Below, piece by piece: positions 60,108-64,000 of a stretch of 64,000 nt of DNA. Source of the stretch: Salinivirgaceae bacterium (lineage in GTDB: Bacteria; Bacteroidota; Bacteroidia; Bacteroidales; SZUA-534); assembly GCA_024405635.1 (NCBI GenBank), contig JAKSOL010000001.1:182082-246081 (forward strand). The letters are read 5' to 3'. How positions within the stretch are numbered: position 1 is the stretch's first letter; each line of letters starts with the position of its first letter. The translations under genes and the position numbers were made by a program. The notes below the pieces were generated by a model. The model did not search any database and was not told the DNA's origin. It worked only from the letters and a program-made list of their open reading frames with translations.

Positions 60108-60130
60108 AATGTCCTTATAATTACGCGGGA

Positions 60131-62494
60131 TTACATTCTGTTCTTAGCCGATTCGCCTGCACCTGTTCCCTTGTATTTGTTTTGGGCGTTGTTGAAGCGG
60201 TATGATACTCTCAGCGTAAGTGCTGACGAATAATATCTATTGTCCTGACGGATATAACAGTTGCCAAAGTCAGAAATGACATACTCATGCTTGGTGTTGA
60301 AGACATCGCTCCATGAAAGTTTGAAAGTGAGTGCATCGTTCTTAAGAAACGACTTGCCAACAGAGATGTCCAACCCATGGATAGGAGAATCGATGTTATA
60401 TATCAGCTTATCGAAGGGGCTGATGTACTGATAGTCGAGGTCAATGGTCCAGTTCTTCTTCAGTCGGAATGAGTTATAGGTCTGCAACAGATACATAGGC
60501 TTGCCTAAGCTGACGCGGCGCATGCCATTCGCGGCGCGAGGGTCAATGACATCGGTCTCAAAGAATTGTTTCTGTATGCCTAACGTATAACGAGGATACC
60601 ACACTCCGACAGACGGAGCGGCTGTGAGGTAAGCGGTCAACTTATGGACGGGATCGGCAGCATTGGTGTACTGAATCATCGCAACGCCTTCGTCATTGTA
60701 GGGATAGCCCTTCTGGAAAACCTTGTTATCGACACGCTCGTAGTTGCCACTGAAACTGAGCCATTTCCACTGTGCCATCAGCGAGAGAGTGCGCTGTATC
60801 TCGTTCTTCATCAGCGGGTCGCCTGTCTGATAAGTGAATTTGTTGTCGTAGCTTATCTCTTTCGACATTGTTTCGAAACGAGGCCTGATGGTCTTGCCCG
60901 TGTAGCTAAGACTGAGCCCCACCTGCTTCAGCCTGGTTGAGAAGCTGATAGATGGAAACCAGCTGTCGTTGCTGCGATGCACATTGTTGTCTGTATTGAT
61001 GTGATCTGCATAATCGAACTTGGCATGCTCGTAACGCAGACCTGAACTGAACTGACCGAAGGGAAGAGCGACCGAATATTGGGCAAAACCAGCAAGGGTA
61101 TTCTCCTCCATTGAGGCATCCGAATTTGGAATTGGGGCAAAGTCAATGGCGTATGTCTCGTTTGCAGACACATAAGTCTCTTCCGTACCCATCTGCAGTT
61201 CTCCTTTCCATACAGGATACGACAGCACCAGTTTGGCTGCTGTCATAGCCGTAACAGCTTCGGTATTACTCTGCATTGATGCCTTTCCTGTCCAACTCGT
61301 TTCGCTGATGTCGGTTACCCCACCTGTCTTACGACGCACATAATCGGCATTGAAGTTGATGTGCAGCTTATGAACAGTACCATCATAATAAAGGTTGCCA
61401 TTCAGGTTGTGGTTTGTGGGTTGGTGCGAGTCATTGATGGCATGGAGATGATCTATCAGTTCTTCATTTCTTAATACGTCCTCATCCATCAGCATTTGGG
61501 TTTTACCGATGGTGTTGTCTGACCATTCCGTTCGGAATCCCAACGAATGCTTTTCGTTGATTTGCCAGTTGGCGCCACCCATATACTGCCATCCACCATT
61601 GTGCCTGCGATAGTTGATGATACCCACTTGACGGTTGTCGAGAATCTTGTCTCCCACCTTAGTGATGGTTCCACCATCGATATCGGAAATCTGATAACCG
61701 CGCTGGTTCCAATAGACCACCTTACCGAAGAAGTCCCAACCCTTCCGGCGGTAATTAAGGTCGAGGACAGACCACGAAGGTTCCCAATCATGACAGTCGT
61801 AAATATACTGCTTTGCCTGGCTGGTCAATGCATAACTGAAACCCTCGCCTTGGCGCTTTACAGTACGGATGCGCACCACGCAACGCACCTCCCCACCATA
61901 TTCCGCACCAGGATTGCTGATGACGTCAATGCTCTTGATATCCTCAGACATAAGGTTGCGAAGCTCAGCGTTGTCAGTAACCTTTCGTCCGTTGATATAA
62001 TAGAGTGGAGCACCGCGGCCAATGACCTCGAGATTGCCTCCCATCGATATCATGCCTGGCACCTTACCCAGCACATCCAGAGCATTGCCTTCGTATGCGA
62101 GTACGGAGCCTGCGATGTCAGTTACAAGGGCATTGCCTTTGAGTAATGTCTTAGGCAATGTACCTTTTACCACCACCTCGTCGAGAGTGTTCGAAAGGCT
62201 GAACATTGTTACAATCGCCTCTTCTTTGAAATGTGACGCAGGCAAGGTCTGTTTCTGATAACCAATCATTGACAACTGTACAATATCGCCTTGTTCGTCC
62301 AACTCAAAGCTTCCATCGCCAGATGTGATTGTACCTGTCACGAACGTTGAGTCGGGTAGCATACGCATAACAACGTTTACGAACTCGAGAGGGGTGCCAT
62401 TCTCGTCAACAACTTTTCCCTTAATACTTTGTGCCTGCAAGTTGCTGCAGATGACGAACAGCGCAGTGGCTGTTGAAATAAAATGTTTAATCAT
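60131..62494 (-). CDS. Outer-membrane beta-barrel / TonB-dependent-receptor-like protein with an N-terminal carboxypeptidase-regulatory-like domain
   Basis: Signal peptide, IKGKVVDENG.PLEFVNV, LDEVVV, plug motifs VLGKVPG..YING and NPGAEY, GLRYE, GDPLMK and C-terminal YRFN..KYKGTGAG. Confidence 0.88.
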   Translation of the reverse strand: MIKHFISTATALFVICSNLQAQSIKGKVVDENGTPLEFVNVVMRMLPDSTFVTGTITSGDGSFELDEQGDIVQLSMIGYQKQTLPASHFKEEAIVTMFSLSNTLDEVVVKGTLPKTLLKGNALVTDIAGSVLAYEGNALDVLGKVPGMISMGGNLEVIGRGAPLYYINGRKVTDNAELRNLMSEDIKSIDVISNPGAEYGGEVRCVVRIRTVKRQGEGFSYALTSQAKQYIYDCHDWEPSWSVLDLNYRRKGWDFFGKVVYWNQRGYQISDIDGGTITKVGDKILDNRQVGIINYRRHNGGWQYMGGANWQINEKHSLGFRTEWSDNTIGKTQMLMDEDVLRNEELIDHLHAINDSHQPTNHNLNGNLYYDGTVHKLHINFNADYVRRKTGGVTDISETSWTGKASMQSNTEAVTAMTAAKLVLSYPVWKGELQMGTEETYVSANETYAIDFAPIPNSDASMEENTLAGFAQYSVALPFGQFSSGLRYEHAKFDYADHINTDNNVHRSNDSWFPSISFSTRLKQVGLSLSYTGKTIRPRFETMSKEISYDNKFTYQTGDPLMKNEIQRTLSLMAQWKWLSFSGNYERVDNKVFQKGYPYNDEGVAMIQYTNAADPVHKLTAYLTAAPSVGVWYPRYTLGIQKQFFETDVIDPRAANGMRRVSLGKPMYLLQTYNSFRLKKNWTIDLDYQYISPFDKLIYNIDSPIHGLDISVGKSFLKNDALTFKLSWSDVFNTKHEYVISDFGNCYIRQDNRYYSSALTLRVSYRFNNAQNKYKGTGAGESAKNRM

Positions 62495-62600
62495 GACTTT
62501 TTAATAATGTTTATTTGTGATTTATTTGGTCGGTGAGAACTATCTGATGGCATTCTTCCATCGCGATCTCGCTGCAAAGAGAGATATCTTTTTGCCTGCC

Positions 62601-62757
62601 TCCAAATAAGTGGGATAACTGCCAAGGTATAGGGATATTTAGCCAATGTGGGACAAAAAACAAAGGATGGCCTGTCACGATAAATACACGCATTGAAACG
62701 TAACAATAACTTTTCATCCGAAAACATCCCTTTCCATTCGTCATCAAATCCTTTCCA
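62601..62757. promoter_or_regulatory. Imperfect direct repeats with a period of about 20 bp between divergent OMP and LytTR genes; candidate LytTR sites
   Basis: CCAA-n-GGGA(T/C)A x3 (GGGA at 62612, 62632 and 62650); CCTTTCCA at 62729 and 62750. Confidence 0.4.
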
Positions 62758-62862
62758 AATATCCCTAACACTCTTGTTTTCAGCTCGATTGTTTGTGTAA
62801 AAGAAAGAAACTAACTTTTTTTGCTCGAAATATTGATCATTTCACTCCTCCCAAAAGAAAGA

Positions 62863-63780
62863 ATGAAAAGAATACCTAATCAACTAATAAAAGACTATCT
62901 AATAGTAGGATGCGCGTGGATGTGCATATCGCTATTGATGCATCCCCAGTTACTGACTCCAGACCAAAGAGCTGTCCCTCTTCCAGTATTTAAGATTGTG
63001 CATGGCTCTTTCTTTCTGCTGACGTTGGTGTTGAGTGAAATTATTGTGACTTATATCTTCCAAAACAGTTTCACATACTCTGGAGGTATCTGGGGACAGT
63101 TGAAACATTTCGCACTTTGTGCTGTTGTCGGAGTTCCCATCTTCAATATTTTCCTCAATCAATCGAACTCCATAATGATGTGGGATTTCTCAAGATATTA
63201 CTATGCGTGGTTTGATATAGACGGGACATTTACATTGAAGTGGTACATGAAGACAATAAATTTATGTGCTATACTTTCCGTAATATTGATAATAGCCATG
63301 ATGGCAATAACCAGAGTCAGAAATATAGAACACACCCTTCTGGAATTGGCTTCAATCAACAGAATGTTAGAAACAGAACAAACCAAGCTGCGTTCACGCC
63401 TGCCAAAAGATAATGTGGCAGACAAAATCATCATACATGGCGATAGCCGCGAATCATTGATTGTGAATCCTCTTGATGTCATGTACGTGGAGTCAGTGGG
63501 CAATTATCTCAGCATTGCTTATCTCAACGATTCCGAACTGTGTCAGAAACGACTTCGCAGTTCACTGAAGGAAGTTGAGGAGACACTTGAGGCTTATCCA
63601 TTTATGGTACACATCCATCGTGCCTTCCTCGTCAATATAAACTTTATCACGCAGGTGTCCGGCAACTCTGCAGGTTATAAGATCAGTATGTTCAGTACAG
63701 ACCGGGTGTTGCCTGTTTCAAAAGCCAATGTACCCTTGTTCAGAGAAAAAATCATAGAACTTGGAAAGAACTTAGAATAG
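62863..63780 (+). CDS. Membrane-anchored LytTR-family transcriptional regulator
   Basis: About four N-terminal TM segments; C-terminal YVESVGNY, LRSSLKEVE, IHRAFLVN and PVSK. Confidence 0.88.
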   Translation: MKRIPNQLIKDYLIVGCAWMCISLLMHPQLLTPDQRAVPLPVFKIVHGSFFLLTLVLSEIIVTYIFQNSFTYSGGIWGQLKHFALCAVVGVPIFNIFLNQSNSIMMWDFSRYYYAWFDIDGTFTLKWYMKTINLCAILSVILIIAMMAITRVRNIEHTLLELASINRMLETEQTKLRSRLPKDNVADKIIIHGDSRESLIVNPLDVMYVESVGNYLSIAYLNDSELCQKRLRSSLKEVEETLEAYPFMVHIHRAFLVNINFITQVSGNSAGYKISMFSTDRVLPVSKANVPLFREKIIELGKNLE

Positions 63781-63782
63781 TA

Positions 63783-64000
63783 TTACATACCACGACCTTT
63801 CCGTTTCGTTGGGACGTAACGTGATGCCTTTACAGTCTTGGCAGCTTGTAGCCAGCAACGGAGATAGTCGGTCTGCCATTGCTCTGCATTAGCAGGTGTG
63901 AAGACTTCCTTAGCACATAGTCGTGCTGTGACTTCCTGTTTCTTATATCTGCGTTTCTCCTTGCCATTGCGCTTCTCAAACTGCTTCTTCGTGTCGGGAC
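63783..64000 (-). CDS. C-terminus of a gene entering from the right edge, possibly a mobilisation/relaxase protein
   Basis: Open frame ...PDTKKQFEKRNGKEKRRYKK...RYVPTKRKGRGM with stop at 63783. Basic GRGx tails are typical of Bacteroidales Mob proteins. Confidence 0.4.
   Translation of the reverse strand, partial: PDTKKQFEKRNGKEKRRYKKQEVTARLCAKEVFTPANAEQWQTDYLRCWLQAAKTVKASRYVPTKRKGRGM

Noticed and set aside
126-63503. Numerous short antisense or out-of-frame ORFs in the track
   Set aside because: They overlap well-supported genes, mostly use non-ATG starts and show no motifs, so they are treated as shadow ORFs.
1-64000. GATC avoidance as evidence for long residence of the R-M system
   Set aside because: GATC sites are present (e.g. 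2981, 3892) and I cannot compute observed versus expected counts.

Overview
This is a chromosomal window from an anaerobic Bacteroidota bacterium, probably Bacteroidales. The evidence is TAnnTTTG -7 promoters, T9SS type A and type B cargo proteins, DUF4494 and a CBM20-GH77 enzyme. Most of it is housekeeping: nrdG and partial nrdD, folC, trxB, malQ, an lpxL-like gene, xseB, pgk, topB, aspS, ogt, a dus-family gene, mdh, argH, an argE-like gene and three tRNAs (Pro-GGG, Arg-CCG, Val-TAC). Three blocks stand out. (1) A surface-polysaccharide cluster (Wzx, ATP-grasp ligase, UDP-GlcA epimerase, three GT4) surrounds a 1435-aa T9SS adhesin-like gene. (2) A 7-gene energy-converting-hydrogenase-related (Ehr/Hyf-like) operon encodes a large subunit without NiFe CxxC motifs and a small subunit that has lost three of the four proximal Fe-S cysteines. 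(3) At the argE promoter, an AT-rich defence island (Dam/DpnM, DpnII-type endonuclease, AIPR, DpnA-type MTase with an extra C-terminal domain) is bracketed by an exact 33-bp direct repeat. A GC-richer foreign segment follows it: a collapsed OMP pseudogene, an intact OMP beta-barrel, a membrane LytTR regulator and a Mob-like C-terminus. Also notable are a PafA homologue with a degenerate active site and a DUF1648-HTH fusion. All calls come from motif recognition by eye; no database searches were run.
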